NCBI RefSeq assembly: GCF_006345805.1
Contig: NC_043004.1
Span: 35,526,001 to 35,590,000, forward strand
Source of the DNA: Octopus sinensis
Taxonomy: Eukaryota
Length of the DNA stretch: 64,000 bases
Direction: 5' to 3'
This document shows, in pieces, positions 1-12,570 of this stretch. The position numbers were made by a program, and so were the translations under genes. Position 1 is the first letter of the stretch. Every line of letters begins with the position of its first letter. The notes under the pieces were generated by a model. That model searched no databases, was not told the origin of the DNA, and saw nothing but the letters and a program-made list of their open reading frames with translations.

Positions 1-379
1 AAACCAATCAAGATACAGTATTTTAAAACAGAAAAATGTCTATAATGAAAATTTATTACGTAATGTTCATTTCAAGAAGTTACTGTACATTATTAATATT
101 TCACTTTGTAATAAGTGCAAATTTGTTAGGAGGCTTCCAGGAAAGTGAAATGATCCACGTGCTTGGTTGGTGAACAAAATATTGGTGATGAGAGGAGAAG
201 AGATGTGTAAGTCAGGAGTGTTTCAGTGGCCATAATATAAAGGCATCCAATTCAACAGAAAAGTGACCACAGTAGTAGATATATATATACATATATATAT
301 ATAGATAGATAGATAGATAGATATAGATATAGATGTAGATATAGATACATAAAGAGAGAGCACGAGAGAAGACAGTGAG

Positions 380-780
380 TTTGTGGCGTATGTGCTGGAG
401 TGTGTTGCTAAGTAACTTCCTGTCAGTCAGATGTTCTTCCATTGAATTGGTCAAAGATAAGAGTACGTGTTGTAGCAGCACTGCCCCTAATGAGGGAGCT
501 GTATTCTGTTTTGGATCACACCAGAGTTCTGTAGGCACTTCATAGTTATTAGAGATTTAAATATTTCTTGGCTCTGTGGGCAAAAAGCATTCTTTGTGGT
601 GAAACATTTTTGCTATTTTGAGGAAGTGTGCTTGCTTAAGAGAGGTCTTCAGAGATGGTAGCACCTGATATTTGTAGTGATCTTTAGGGCTCAAGTTGCA
701 TGTTTCCATGTTTGCTTGATATGTGCAGTGATTTTGTCTTTGTGCTTTTGAAGGAAACATGTTTGTCTTGAACCCAAACA
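380..780 (-). mobile_element. Decayed LINE ORF2 fragment (endonuclease-RT linker, Jockey/CR1-like)
   Basis: Broken minus frames (..SLKTSLKQAHFLKIAKMFHHKECF..PRNI) loosely follow the 'ARN.AK..LK.AK..F...KC...FW.LAKNI' linker pattern; resembles the element at 62.3-64 kb. Confidence 0.4.
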
Positions 781-871
781 TTGCTGGTTTGATGTAAGGT
801 CTCTAGATTGCATGTAGGTGATGCATGGGATCAGAGGTTTATGGAAGAATGAAGGGTGATATCATCTTATT

Positions 872-1098
872 TTTTTACTGCCAACAAGGGGCTACACACA
901 GAAGGGAGACAAGGACAGACAAACGGATTAGGTTGATTATATCGACACCAGTGCACAACTGGTACTTATTTAATCGACCCCGAAAGGATGAAAAGCAAAG
1001 TCGACCTTGGCAGAATTTGAACTCAGAACGTAGCAGCAGACAAAATACCGCTAAGCATTTCACCTGGTGTGCTAACGTTTCTGCCCACTTGCCGCCTT
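872..1098 (-). mobile_element. tRNA-derived SINE, family B
   Basis: Reverse complement has B-box GAGTTCAAATTC and the CCTTTCGGGGTCGAT..TAAGTACCAGT..TGGTGTCGAT central block; homologous to 53127-53360. Confidence 0.85.
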
Positions 1099-2106
1099 AT
1101 GGGTGATATCATCTGGGAAGGAATGGGCATTCTTGATAAGTTATTTTAATTATGTTACTTTGTAAATTAAAATCAAATAATTTTTAATATTCAAATTTTA
1201 TTCTTAGCTGCAATATTTTAAGTAAAAATTTTCTTGTTCTGTACTTTACCAGATGTAATAACTTGTCCTGAACTTTTCCAAGTGTAATAACTTGTGCTGT
1301 AATTTTCCAGATTTATAATCTTAAGAACATTCTTTCTCTTGCTCGCATATTTCCATGTAATCCATGATTTTTTTCCCAGGCAATGATAATTATGCTAATT
1401 AATAATGTGTCAAATGTGTCAATTAGTGGTGTCATTGATAAGTATTTTCATACCTCAATGACACCAGTGACATATATTAAAATTCCCTTTATAGAACAAT
1501 ATTCATAAAAAAGTATAGAACTATATCATCACCCTCAACTTTGAGAAACAAACACTCATAACTTTTTTTTTAAAACTTCATTGCATGTGACTGATACCAT
1601 GAAATTCCTTGAATTGAGCTCTATCATTTAAGCTTAATTAAAATATAGTTTGTTTTTAAAATAAAAAAGATTAAACTTAAATCCAATTTTTTTGCCTCAT
1701 ATTTTTTCATGAAATTTTACCTCACAACTTTTTTGATACAAATTTTTATTGCATGGGATCAAAACTATGAAATTATTCATGCTTTCTTCTATCATTGAAT
1801 CTAAAATAAATATATTTTGCTTTTAAAATAAAAAAGTTATTTAGATCTAAACCTGATTGGTGGCGTTACTTACTCTCCTATAATTTTTATGTTAACTTTT
1901 TTCAACTGGACCAAATCTCAATTATTTTTTATGCCAAAATGTAGCTAGGGACCAGTCCTCTTCAAAAATGTTAACAGTTTTCAAATTAGTTAAGAACTGA
2001 ATTAGCGACAAGCTCTGAAAGATGCTGCATGTGGGTAAATTGTGGCCTTAAGAATATTATTCAACTACTACCATAGTTGAATTATATATATATATATATA
2101 TACATA

Positions 2107-2270
2107 TGACGTGCTTCTTTCAGTTTCCGTTTACCAAATCAACTCACAAGAGTTTGGTTGGCCCAAGGCTATAGTAGAAGACATTTTCCCAAGATGCCAT
2201 GCAGTGGAACTGAACCCAGAAACATGTGGTTGGTAAGCAAGCTACTTACCACATAACCACTCCTGTGCCT
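2107..2270 (-). mobile_element. SINE family A, 5' (tRNA + CORE-like) half
   Basis: Reverse complement matches the head of the 35420 copy (GTGGTAAGTAGCTTGC..GGGTTCAGTTCC..CTTGGGAAAATGTCTTCT..GGAAACTGAAAGAAGC). Confidence 0.8.
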
Positions 2271-2279
2271 ATATATATA

Positions 2280-2312
<33 letters not shown>

Positions 2313-2929
2313 ACTAGCCAGTTTACATGGTGGTTAGTTGATTTCTAAGAAAATGCTTTACATTACATAAAGAGAGAGAGAATTAGCATAAGAGATGCAG
2401 GACGTGTGCACATATAAGGCTTGGTGGTAGGCAATGAGCAAACGAGTGGTAGAGACAGAGAAGGCGAGATAGTATGTATTTATGTGTGTGTGTATATATG
2501 TATGCATATATGTATGTATGTGTGTGCATGTGTCTGTAAGTATGTGCATGTGTGTGCATGTGTCTATAAGTATGTGTATGTGTGAGAAAGAGGAAGAGTG
2601 AGAGAGAGGGACAGGTAGATAGAGGGTGAGGGTGTGAGAATTCCAGTAATATATAATCAACATGGAGAGCAATTTTGTTTACAATTTTTCTTTATTTTTT
2701 TTTGAATATTTTATTTTATTTTAAGGTAATAAATATTTTCTTTTGAAAATTGATATTTATTTCTTCATTTTATGTGGACTCCAAGAAACTTAATAAAAGT
2801 TAAATTATAATCAATGTACATATTTGTATGCATATTTCCTGCCATTCAACCAAAGTTTCCTTGCACAGTTACCTATCACGTGACAGGTCACACTCTAGTG
2901 CGGGCTTCTACAGGCGCTGTCACTGATGG

Positions 2930-3065
2930 GGAATTTGGTCATTCTGAGGCTACAATGGAGGACACTTGTCCATTATGCTGATCCTCTTGCAATGAAACTT
3001 GGAACCATGTGGTTGTGAAGTGTGAAGCAATCTTCTAAACAACGCAGCCATGTCTGAACGCAGAT
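2930..3065 (-). mobile_element. Degraded SINE family A head
   Basis: Reverse complement AACCACATGGTTCC..GGACAAGTGTCCTCCATTGTAGCCTC..GACCAAA. Confidence 0.5.
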
Positions 3066-3269
3066 ACAATGGAAGCTGTTTACAACTGGGTTTTTTTCTG
3101 CTACCAATTTATCGATTCCTGGGTCTGCCAACCTTGAATGGCTGTAGATATTTATATGAATGTCTCCATCCATGGATCTATGACATTTTAGAAACCTTTC
3201 TATAATTTCAGCATCCTTCAACTATTTTATTTGTTGAACATTGTGGGAAATAAACAAATTTATGGTTGC

Positions 3270-3440
3270 TGTACTTCCACCACCTTTCTCCTTCCTCCTC
3301 TCTCTCTTTCCTCCTTTCTCCTTGTCCCTCCTCCTCTCTCATTCCTTGTCTTCCCCTCTCTTTCCTTGTCCTTCTCTCGCCTTCCCTTCCTCCTCTCTCT
3401 TCGTCCTCTTTTCTCTCCTTCCTCCTTTCCCTCTTCCCTA
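3270..3440. repeat. Polypyrimidine (CT/CCT) low-complexity tract
   Basis: Almost purely C/T for ~170 bp. Confidence 0.85.
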
Positions 3441-4429
3441 AATTAAGAAACAGAAAATACCAGGGTATATATATATATGTTATAAACCGATATGTTGTTG
3501 CAAGGAATTACTGCTATTTTTATAACTAATATACGTCTGCTTTTGAAACCAATTTCTAAAGTCATTTTACGTCAAAAACATTCTGCATATTTGTTTACTT
3601 TTCTTCTTGTAATAAAACATTTTAAGGAAAATAGTTCATTCCTTTCAGTGAGGCAAATTAAAAGTAATTAATTTTATATTTATAGTCGAAGACTTTTAAC
3701 AAAAACCAAATATGATAGAATAATTGAAAACAATTCCTGCAAGTCATTACACATTGATGTTCGGTACAGTGCTGCAAAGTAATTTTCATAGATTAGATAG
3801 ATATATTTGCAATAAAATGTTGGCAAGTAACTCTAATTAATTCTGGAAAGATAACATGCATTTTTGGAGACATTTATTCAACATCACATGAAATGCCATA
3901 AACAATTTTCCATTCCACTCAGAGCTATTTAAAATATCAGACAACACAACACTATGGATGATGTTCTCCTCTTTAACATTTCTACAAGGGAAGTGTAGAA
4001 CAATATTTTTTTGCAATGTAGTTCATGTGACTAAGAATAATTTCTCCTGACATTTAAATAAGGGATATTTGTCTCGTGTTCAAAGTCCCTTATGACACCT
4101 TTTCTTATAAACTAGTTGTTAATCAACAGAAATGTTTGCATTGAAATGCAAAATGAACAAATTGACTGGTCTTAATTGTGTCTGTTCCATGAAACAATGA
4201 ACACCAAAACAGTTCTTGAGAAACTCTTAACCATATCCCTCTACAGAGATGTACACCAGTCTTTGGGAATATGACAAATTCTTTCAGATTACTCTATTGA
4301 ACACTGGTAAGCTTTCTCTGGCCCAGACACTATCAATTCTGAACTGTGGCAAAGTTTGCTTTTGCAGAACAACCTTTCATTATTAAATATTATTTCTCTT
4401 GCTCACTTTTTTTCCCATGTAATATATAC

Positions 4430-4640
4430 TTGTGTGTGTGTGTAAATTTGTGTCTGTGTTTGTCACCCTAACATCATTTGACAACCGGTGTTGGTGTGTT
4501 TATGTCCCCACATCACAGCGGTTCAGCAAAAGAGACTGATACATGGCTTACAAAGAATAAGTTCTGGGGGTCAATTTGTTCAACTAAAGGCAGTGCTCCA
4601 GTATGGCCACAATCAAATGACTGAAACAAATAAAAAATAT
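4430..4640 (+). mobile_element. SINE family A, 3' half
   Basis: (TG)n then TTGACAACCGGTGTTGGTGTGTTTATGTCCCC..GAATAAGTTCTGGGGGTCAATTTG..CAAATGACTGAAACA. Confidence 0.8.
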
Positions 4641-4659
4641 ATATATATGATTTCATTCA

Positions 4660-5046
4660 TGTAACCACATATGTGCTTCTCTAGGACCCTTTTTCCTCCT
4701 CTGGACTTTTCCTCTCTCCTCTTTCTGATGAAGAGCCATGCTCAAAACATTATACACCCACTCTTTCTTCCAACTCATACTGAGCGTCAAGCTAATACAT
4801 TCCATATGTACATCCTTTTGACTTTTGCTGTTTCATCATCTTTAATTTTCGTTTTGACTATGGATATGATAGATCGTTAGCCACTACACACATTTTTTTT
4901 CTCTCCTTGTTTTTTCTGATTCCCTTTCTGTAGAAGAGCGTAGGCTCGAAACATAAAAGACTTTTTCTATTCCTGAGCGTTATACTAATACATCTGTTTG
5001 TTTTGTACACCACCTGTCTTCGTTTTTTGTTTTTTTCGTAAACCCT

Positions 5047-5049
<3 letters not shown>
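4660..5049 (+). mobile_element. Two head-to-tail mini-elements, each with a hammerhead-ribozyme-like core (retrozyme/Penelope pseudo-LTR-like)
   Basis: CTGATGA-A-GAGC-CAT-GCTC-AAAA-CAT at 4725-4750 and CTGTAGA-A-GAGC-GTAG-GCTC-GAAA-CATA-AAAG at 4928-4959; both followed by CTGAGCGT; homologues at 37575 and 52280. Confidence 0.7.
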
Positions 5050-5099
<50 letters not shown>

Positions 5100-5149
5100 G
5101 AAAGAGTGAGAGAGAGACAGAGACAGACAGACAGAGCAAGGAAGAGACG

Positions 5150-5330
5150 ACCAGTGTTGGTATGTTTATATCCTTGTAACTTAGTAGTTTAGCAAAAGAG
5201 ACTGATAGAATAAGTACTAGGCTTAAAAAAATAAAATAAGTCCTGGGGTCAATTTGGTCAACTAAAAACCTTTCGAGTCAGTGTTTCAGTATGGCCACAG
5301 TCAAATGACTGAAAGAAGTAAAAACACAAA
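5150..5330 (+). mobile_element. SINE family A, 3' half
   Basis: GCAAAAGAGACTGATAGAATAAGTACTAGGC..CCTGGGGTCAATTTG..ATGGCCACAGTCAAATGACTGAAA. Confidence 0.75.
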
Positions 5331-5581
5331 AAATATGTTTATCTCTCTCTCTCTCTTTCTCTCTCTCTACAGAAACATGAGAGACAGAAACAGGCAGAAA
5401 CAAGGAAGATGCCTCATCTATTTGAACACTATGCTAATATTCTTTTAAAAAAATTTCTTTTAATTTTTCCAAAATTTAATTGTCTTCCATACTTACAGTT
5501 GAAAAAGTCTCAATGTCCGAAACTGGTACTGAAATGTTTTTTATAAAATTATCTTAGCATTTTCTACCTTGACTTTTTTTT

Positions 5582-5586
<5 letters not shown>

Positions 5587-5640
<54 letters not shown>

Positions 5641-5683
5641 TATATACATATACACATATGTATATACATACATACATATATAC

Positions 5684-5735
<52 letters not shown>

Positions 5736-5884
5736 GTATATATATACATAAATATATACATATATATATATATACATATGCATATATGTATATATATATA
5801 TATATACGTATATATATACATAAATATATACATATATATATATACATATGCATATATGTATATATATATGTATATATATATGTA

Positions 5885-5939
<55 letters not shown>

Positions 5940-5940
5940 T
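5587..5940. repeat. Complex (TA)n/(CA)n microsatellite with an internal ~60 bp duplication
   Basis: Directly visible; TACGTATATATATACATAAATATATACA occurs twice. Confidence 0.95.
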
Positions 5941-7649
5941 AGTTTCTGATATCATAGAAGTCAATTAGCATAAATATTGTTGTTAAATTAGAGAAAATTA
6001 ATAAGTTCTCATTTTTACTTTATTTCAGCAACCTCACACAACAGGAAAAAATTTTTCCCTTCAAAGTGATTTGAATAATTTCCATGAATTGTGCTATTGT
6101 GGTTTCTCATTTCCTATACTGTGTCCAGTAAAGAGTTCAGTCTTCAACTGCATTCGTCACTTGGACAGTGTCACTATAGTTAAAAATGGTAAACATTTAG
6201 GGTAATGAGCCAAGAAATCTGAACTAATTATAACTCACAGTTAAGGCTAAATGTCATTAGGTTAATGATTAATTCTGGTTGAAAAAGACAAGGAAAATAA
6301 TTTTGATAATTTATTTAATTACAATTTGAAATAGCATAGAAGTAGTGCAATGGAAATTGGTCTGATCATGGCACTATTCTGAGAAGTTTGGATCAGTCTT
6401 GGTTTCATAAGACTTTCTCAATGAAGAAGTAGTTTAGGTGACTGAGATCAAATGCAATGTCTCATGAGACAGAACTACACATGATATATCAAGCCATTTA
6501 TCAATGGATTATTCTCCTCTCAAATTAATCAACTGTATTTAATTAAATACATAAATTCAGACAGTTGTATGTTAACAGAACAAGCTGACAATTACAACTG
6601 AGTAAACACAACTAGTTAAAAGCAGTATGGTTTGTAAATTTATTATCCCATAACTCTATGAAAAATTTGCTCGTCTATGTACTCGGTATTCAGCAAATGT
6701 AATTAAATAAATATTTATATCAAATAATGGTCAGACAGAGAATGGGATATTAAAATTTTACTCTAGTTTATATTTTTAAATGAAATTATTATTCTCACTT
6801 TAAGAAGTAAATTTCTCTTGAAACATGCGGTATATTTATGTGTTTGTACACACCTCCAATTTTAGATTGGATATCATATTCATTATACAATGACTAAACG
6901 AATCAAAATACAAGCTCATTCCCATATATTAGTGTAATTTATGGCTTCATGAGAACTGTAGAATTTGAAGAGATAACATCATGACAGTGATGCGAAAAGC
7001 ATTTTGCTTTTATTACATCGTAAAGCCACAAAAGATTCTTTTTATTCTCTAAAATTTCTCTTTGCTAATTTTAGTTGATCCTTTAACTGCTCTTGCATCA
7101 AGGCACAGCCCTGGGGGAATGTTTTGTTACATGCCTGAGACACAAACAGTGGCACAAGCACGTGACTCCCTTCTCTCAATGCTATCACAAGATGGCATCA
7201 ATACTTTCCCAAGAGAAAGCCAAGGATGACAAATCTTGGCACCAGTATTGTTGCAGACATTACCACTTGAACGCAGAGAACCAGAACAAGAAGAACACAG
7301 AAAACCAGAACAGGAAGAACAACATAACTTATCTAAAACTCTGATCATTCAAACAATTCGCTGCCCTGATTTCAGTGCATTGCTAATTAACTCTGGAAAG
7401 ATGAACGATAAAGGAAAGGAAAGTTGGCCTAGGCAGGATTTGAACTGAGACATCAAAGAGTTGAGTTGGTATACCAGAAGGTATTCTATCCACTTTCTTA
7501 TCATGAATTACTCTGTGTAAGGACACAAGTGCAGCTATGGGGTTAAGAGGTTTGCTTTTACAACCATTTGTATATAAAGCTGATCACATGTTTGTGAGTA
7601 TATATATATATATATGTATATATATATGTATGTGTATATATATATATCA

Positions 7650-7835
7650 TTTATCTTTTACTTCTCTTAGTCATTCAACTGTGGCCATGCTGGGGCACCA
7701 CCTTGAAGAGTTTTAGCTAAACAGATTGGCCCCAGAATTTATTTTTTCAATACCTGCTACTTATTCTATCAGTCTCCTATGGTGAACTTACAGGGATATG
7801 AACAAACATAAAACACACACAAACACACACACACA
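7650..7835 (-). mobile_element. SINE family A, 3' half
   Basis: GTCATTCAACTGTGGCCATGCTGGGGCACC..TACTTATTCTATC is the reverse complement of the family tail. Confidence 0.7.
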
Positions 7836-7972
7836 CACAAACATACATACACACATACATATATATATAATAGCTGAAGGACTAAATTAATCAATTATTA
7901 CACTTGATAATAACAGAGTTAATAATATCTTACCAAATATTTTCTCCTGATTTATTTGCTCCGTATTGAAAT

Positions 7973-8022
<50 letters not shown>

Positions 8023-8747
8023 TATTATGATGACACCAGATGAAAAATAATTCTATGTTCAATTGGCCTGTAATATCATGTTTTAGCAAAGGGAAAATAA
8101 ATACAAGACTTTAAAAAATGTCCTGGACTCAAAAATAGCCAACTGAAACCCTACAAGGCAAAACAGCAATGTGGTTGGTATAATTCTTTGTAGGAAGTTC
8201 CCTTTTGAAAAACTGGAACAGATCTCTTTAAAATCAAAATAATTTCCATATTCAAAAAAAAAAGAGAAAAACAAACTAGATTTTCACCACTTTAAATGTT
8301 TTAAATCAGTCGCATGAGTAAAATGGTCATTAATGAAATCAAAAACCGATATTCTACAAGTCAGATGCTGCTAGTATAAATTGGTCCTTAAAAGTTAGAC
8401 GTCACAGTAAGAATAAATGAAGCGCCTATCAGGTGAACTACTGTAATTATAGAATCTATTAGTATTCTATTGAACGCAAATCCTTCAACATGTTCATAAG
8501 ATTCTTTTTTTTAAGTTTCTACATGGAATTTGATATTTCATTATAAACATTTGTATATATTTTCAAAACTGGTTACACTTTGCCTTCGTTTCATTTAACA
8601 CCTGCAATTATGAAAATATTTTTATGTTAATGGTTCTATATTGGTGTTTTGTTTGCAATTAATTCTGATCACTGATAAAGGAATGCATTCAAAATATGCT
8701 TGTGTGTGTGTATTTATGTGTACATATATCTATGTATGTCTATTTGT

Positions 8748-8798
<51 letters not shown>

Positions 8799-9129
8799 TA
8801 AGTGAGTGCAGAGAAAGAAAGAAAAACAGAAAGAGATAAAGTACTCCCACAACAACAAATATTCCATCTGAAAAATAATAAAGTTAAAATTTTAAACGTT
8901 GGTTCCCAGCTTAATAGATTTAAGATTTGTTTTTCTCAAAGAGATATGTCAACACTTTTATCAAAGATGTATGTCATATGTGTGATGGAATTAAATTAAC
9001 TCCAAGTGAGTTTTTGTGGATGTCACTAAGTTTGATTACCAGGATGAACAGAATTATGTATATATGCATATATTACACACACACACACACTAAGTTGAGT
9101 GTATATATATATATATTATTATATATGTT

Positions 9130-10295
9130 TTTTTCGAATTTTCACTGATGGTTTTTGGCAACTTGTATCTCCATGTGACATCATTTATTTGATAGAATTT
9201 GTTGTCCAATTGTTGTTGAATAGTTTATTCTTAATTTTACAGCTTTGATAATGAATGGTGAAAAGTGGCAACCGGAGCTATTTTACACTACCTGTGGAAA
9301 AACTGACTGAGTACAAGGGCAACAGAAAAAGAAAGTAATGCTATGGAAGGCCCAGGTGCTGTCAATAAATGTGTGGCACAAAACTGGTTCAGATGTTTTA
9401 AGGAAGATAACACCAGCCTCACAGACAAACCAGGGTCAGGGAGATCTATTGTGGAAGATAAGACCTTGATTGAAAAAGTTGTTAGCATAATCTGACCCTT
9501 CAAAGTACCATCGACTGTCAACTCCATAAGCTGAGCCCTATGAAGAGGTGCTGTCAAAGATTTTCTCATGAACTTACCAATGACCAGCCTCAACAACATA
9601 TGAACAATGCAAACAACTGCTAGCAAATCCTCAAGAAGCCTGTCTTTGGCATTGAAAACTGAATCTAATTTTGTAATTCTAAAAAGAGAAATTGGAGGTT
9701 TCCTTCTGGCTAGGCTTCAGAACCAGTTGTCAAATCAAAGCAGTTTGAAGAGAAGATCATGCACAGTTTGGCGGAGTTACGAGGGGCTGTTTCACTTTGA
9801 GCCTGTCCCAGATGGTCATGCTGTGAATACAAACCTTTATGCTCAACAACTGCAGTGAGTCTATGGTGCTTTGAAAAACCACTACTTGGCATTGGTCGGT
9901 CTAAGACACACATTCCTACAGCTTGACAATGCTCCAGCACATGCTGTCAATGTGACCAAGTGCAAACTGGAGGAACTTGTGGGGCTGGAAGTGATGCTTC
10001 TCACAGCCTGCAGTCCAGACCTTGCACCATCATATGGCCTTACTCTCCAAACCATAGCTCATTTCCTGCACGGACTAAGGCTCAACAATGTGAATGAGGC
10101 TGAAGGTGAGTGCAGTGAGGTTTTTGGCTCTAAGTGACCAAATGGTGTAAGCATGGAATTGAGCTTCTGACACAATGATTGTAACAGCTAACAGAATATG
10201 ATGGTGTATCTTTAGATCAATAAGTGCTTTTCGTATGAAATTTGTCCTAACTATTAATTGAAGCTTGAAATGCAAGAAGACATTTGACTCAACCT

Positions 10296-10297
<2 letters not shown>
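9130..10297 (+). mobile_element. Decayed mariner transposon
   Basis: NWFRCFKEDNTSLTDKPGSGR (HTH), VWRSYEGLFHFEPVP, QLDNAPAH and SPDLAPS-Y (third Asp apparently deleted); right end TTGACTCAACCTGG|TA; left TIR not clearly found; stops and frameshifts. Confidence 0.9.
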
Positions 10298-10334
<37 letters not shown>

Positions 10335-10517
10335 TTTTCATCCAAAACAGAGACGAACAGCATTCCTCCACGTGATCGGCTTGAAAACTTGCAAGGATAT
10401 TAAGATACTTTTCTTAACATGAAACCAATGGTAGCCTTAAGACACAAATATAGAAATTTTATCCACCAATGTTGTGTTGAGCACTCATTCTCATTGTTCA
10501 ACATTTTCATATATATA

Positions 10518-10573
<56 letters not shown>

Positions 10574-11509
10574 CATACATATGTGTGTGTATGTGTGTGT
10601 ATATATATATATATATATACATATGTATATATATAATGTTTGCAAGGAAATTTTGACAATGAGCTTTGAAGTTTCAGCTTGGTCACCACTATCAGACAAT
10701 CTGAGGACAGGGAACTGAGCGAAAAGTTTGATAAACATCAACTCTATTAGAAAGTATTGAGTAATCCTTCTATACTAATCAGACACAGACAGTGTGTTGT
10801 TAACCAGCTTGAGGAGATGTCTTCCTGGGGCTATAAACAACCATATTTGCCACATTTAGGTGGCAAATATACTTCACAATTCTATTTAATGTTATATTTT
10901 TAGATATAACTATGCATACAAACACACATTAAGATGTGTGTATGTGTGTGTGAGTATGGGTGTGTGCATGTGAGTGTCTGTGCAAAGCCAAATATATATA
11001 TATACATATGTGTATGTACATATGTATGTATGTATGTATGACTCAGATCCAAGATTTGTGTGAAGAACAGATCCACCTCCCCAAATGTTTGCAGCTATAC
11101 TGGAGAGAATTCAGGAGAAATTTAAACTAATTCCTAAGAGTATTTTGGCCTCCATTGATCAGTTCAGGTCAAGTGAATATTTAACTTGCTTTAAAAACAT
11201 CATTTCTTTCCATGCTTGCTCCACATTGTTGACCAGTCAGAATGTTGATATCATTTAGTTGACATTTTGTACAGTGTGCCATTTGCACCACATCACTTTT
11301 TCCATTGCATCCACCAAATGTAGCATTACCAGAACATGAACAACAGGCAGAGTTTCAGAAATTTCTTTTAATATTTCCTTTAGTCAAACAGGCAGAATTT
11401 ACCAGAGTGATTGTATCATAACTTTGCTATGGCCCAGTTATTCCATTCACACATTTTTTAAATGTGAAACCAACTTGCTCCAAAACTTCCTTGGTTCTAT
11501 GATACAAAT

Positions 11510-11682
11510 TCCATTTTAAAGTGATCAAAATTAAAATCTTCCATCAATATTTTGTGCAAACTTCTGCTCCAAACACCAGCTTAATAATGACTAAGTTATT
11601 TTACAAATGTCTTCCTTATTTTCACAATTTCTTGAAACAAAGGCAGAGTATTTCAACAGAAATATGGTAACAAAAGGGTTAA
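11510..11682 (-). mobile_element. Terminus of a piggyBac-like non-autonomous element
   Basis: Reverse complement begins TTAA-CCCTTTTGTTACCATATTTCTG (TTAA + CCC end); related degraded sequence at ~24075-24190. Confidence 0.45.
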
Positions 11683-12199
11683 ATTTCACTTTCTTATAAA
11701 AGTGGTTGAAGAAATTCTAGTGTCAGACAAAATATCCAGCATTCTTTAATTAATATTCTCTTACCTTTAGAGTTTATGATAAGTCTGCTTTATCTAACAT
11801 CCTAGCAGAATCCATAGAGTATAAATAATACAGAAAGTCATAAGTGGTGATAATATCAGAAATCCTTAACTCTGGAAACTACAAGAGCAATAAATCTGTA
11901 GCAACATAAAGACATGAATTTGTAGAAAGATGATTGTAATGTACGCCATAAAGTTTATATATATAAGATATGAGAGAAGAGAATGCGTACAAAGTTTTAG
12001 TGAGCCAAGGGAGAGAGAACAAAATAATATTTCTAACATTAAATGGAATATTTAGTAAATTTATATTAATAACCAGAGGGAAGAAAGATGAACACTTCAA
12101 TAATTTAATGTCAAAATGTCAGCAAACAGGATTTTAGTTCACAGAAATTGAATTTTAAAATATAATTCATAATTCAAATATGGAAAATTATTACAAGGT

Positions 12200-12499
12200 G
12201 GATAATCATCGTCATCAATATTGTTGCCACTTCCACTATCATCATCACCGTCATCGTTGTTGTCATCATCGTCAATATCATCACTGTCATCCTCATCCTC
12301 CTCCCTCATCATCATCATCTTTGCCTTATCATCGTTGCCACTCATCATCCTCATCATCATCATCATCACCACTATCATTGCTATTATCAGCTTCATTACC
12401 AACATCATCTTTAACATCATTTTACCTCCGTTTTTCATGCTGGCATGGGCCAGATGGCTGTCAGTGTTTCACCACTTGTCATAGTCTTTTTCTCATCAG

Positions 12500-12562
<63 letters not shown>

Positions 12563-12570
12563 CACACACA
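12200..12570. repeat. Degenerate (CAT)n tract followed by (GCAC)n/(CA)n
   Basis: Directly visible; includes a short RTE-type tail remnant near 12410-12470. Confidence 0.9.

Noticed and set aside
2973-3221. 82-aa protein-looking minus ORF (MKDAEIIERF..)
   Set aside because: Its 3' third is a degraded SINE head, the acceptor is weak and I recognise no homology
5541-5968. Many 60-140 aa ORFs rich in IY/YI/CV/HT (also near 10400, 26000, 37200-38000, 50300-50700)
   Set aside because: They are translations of (TA)n/(CA)n/(TATG)n microsatellites, which lack stop codons
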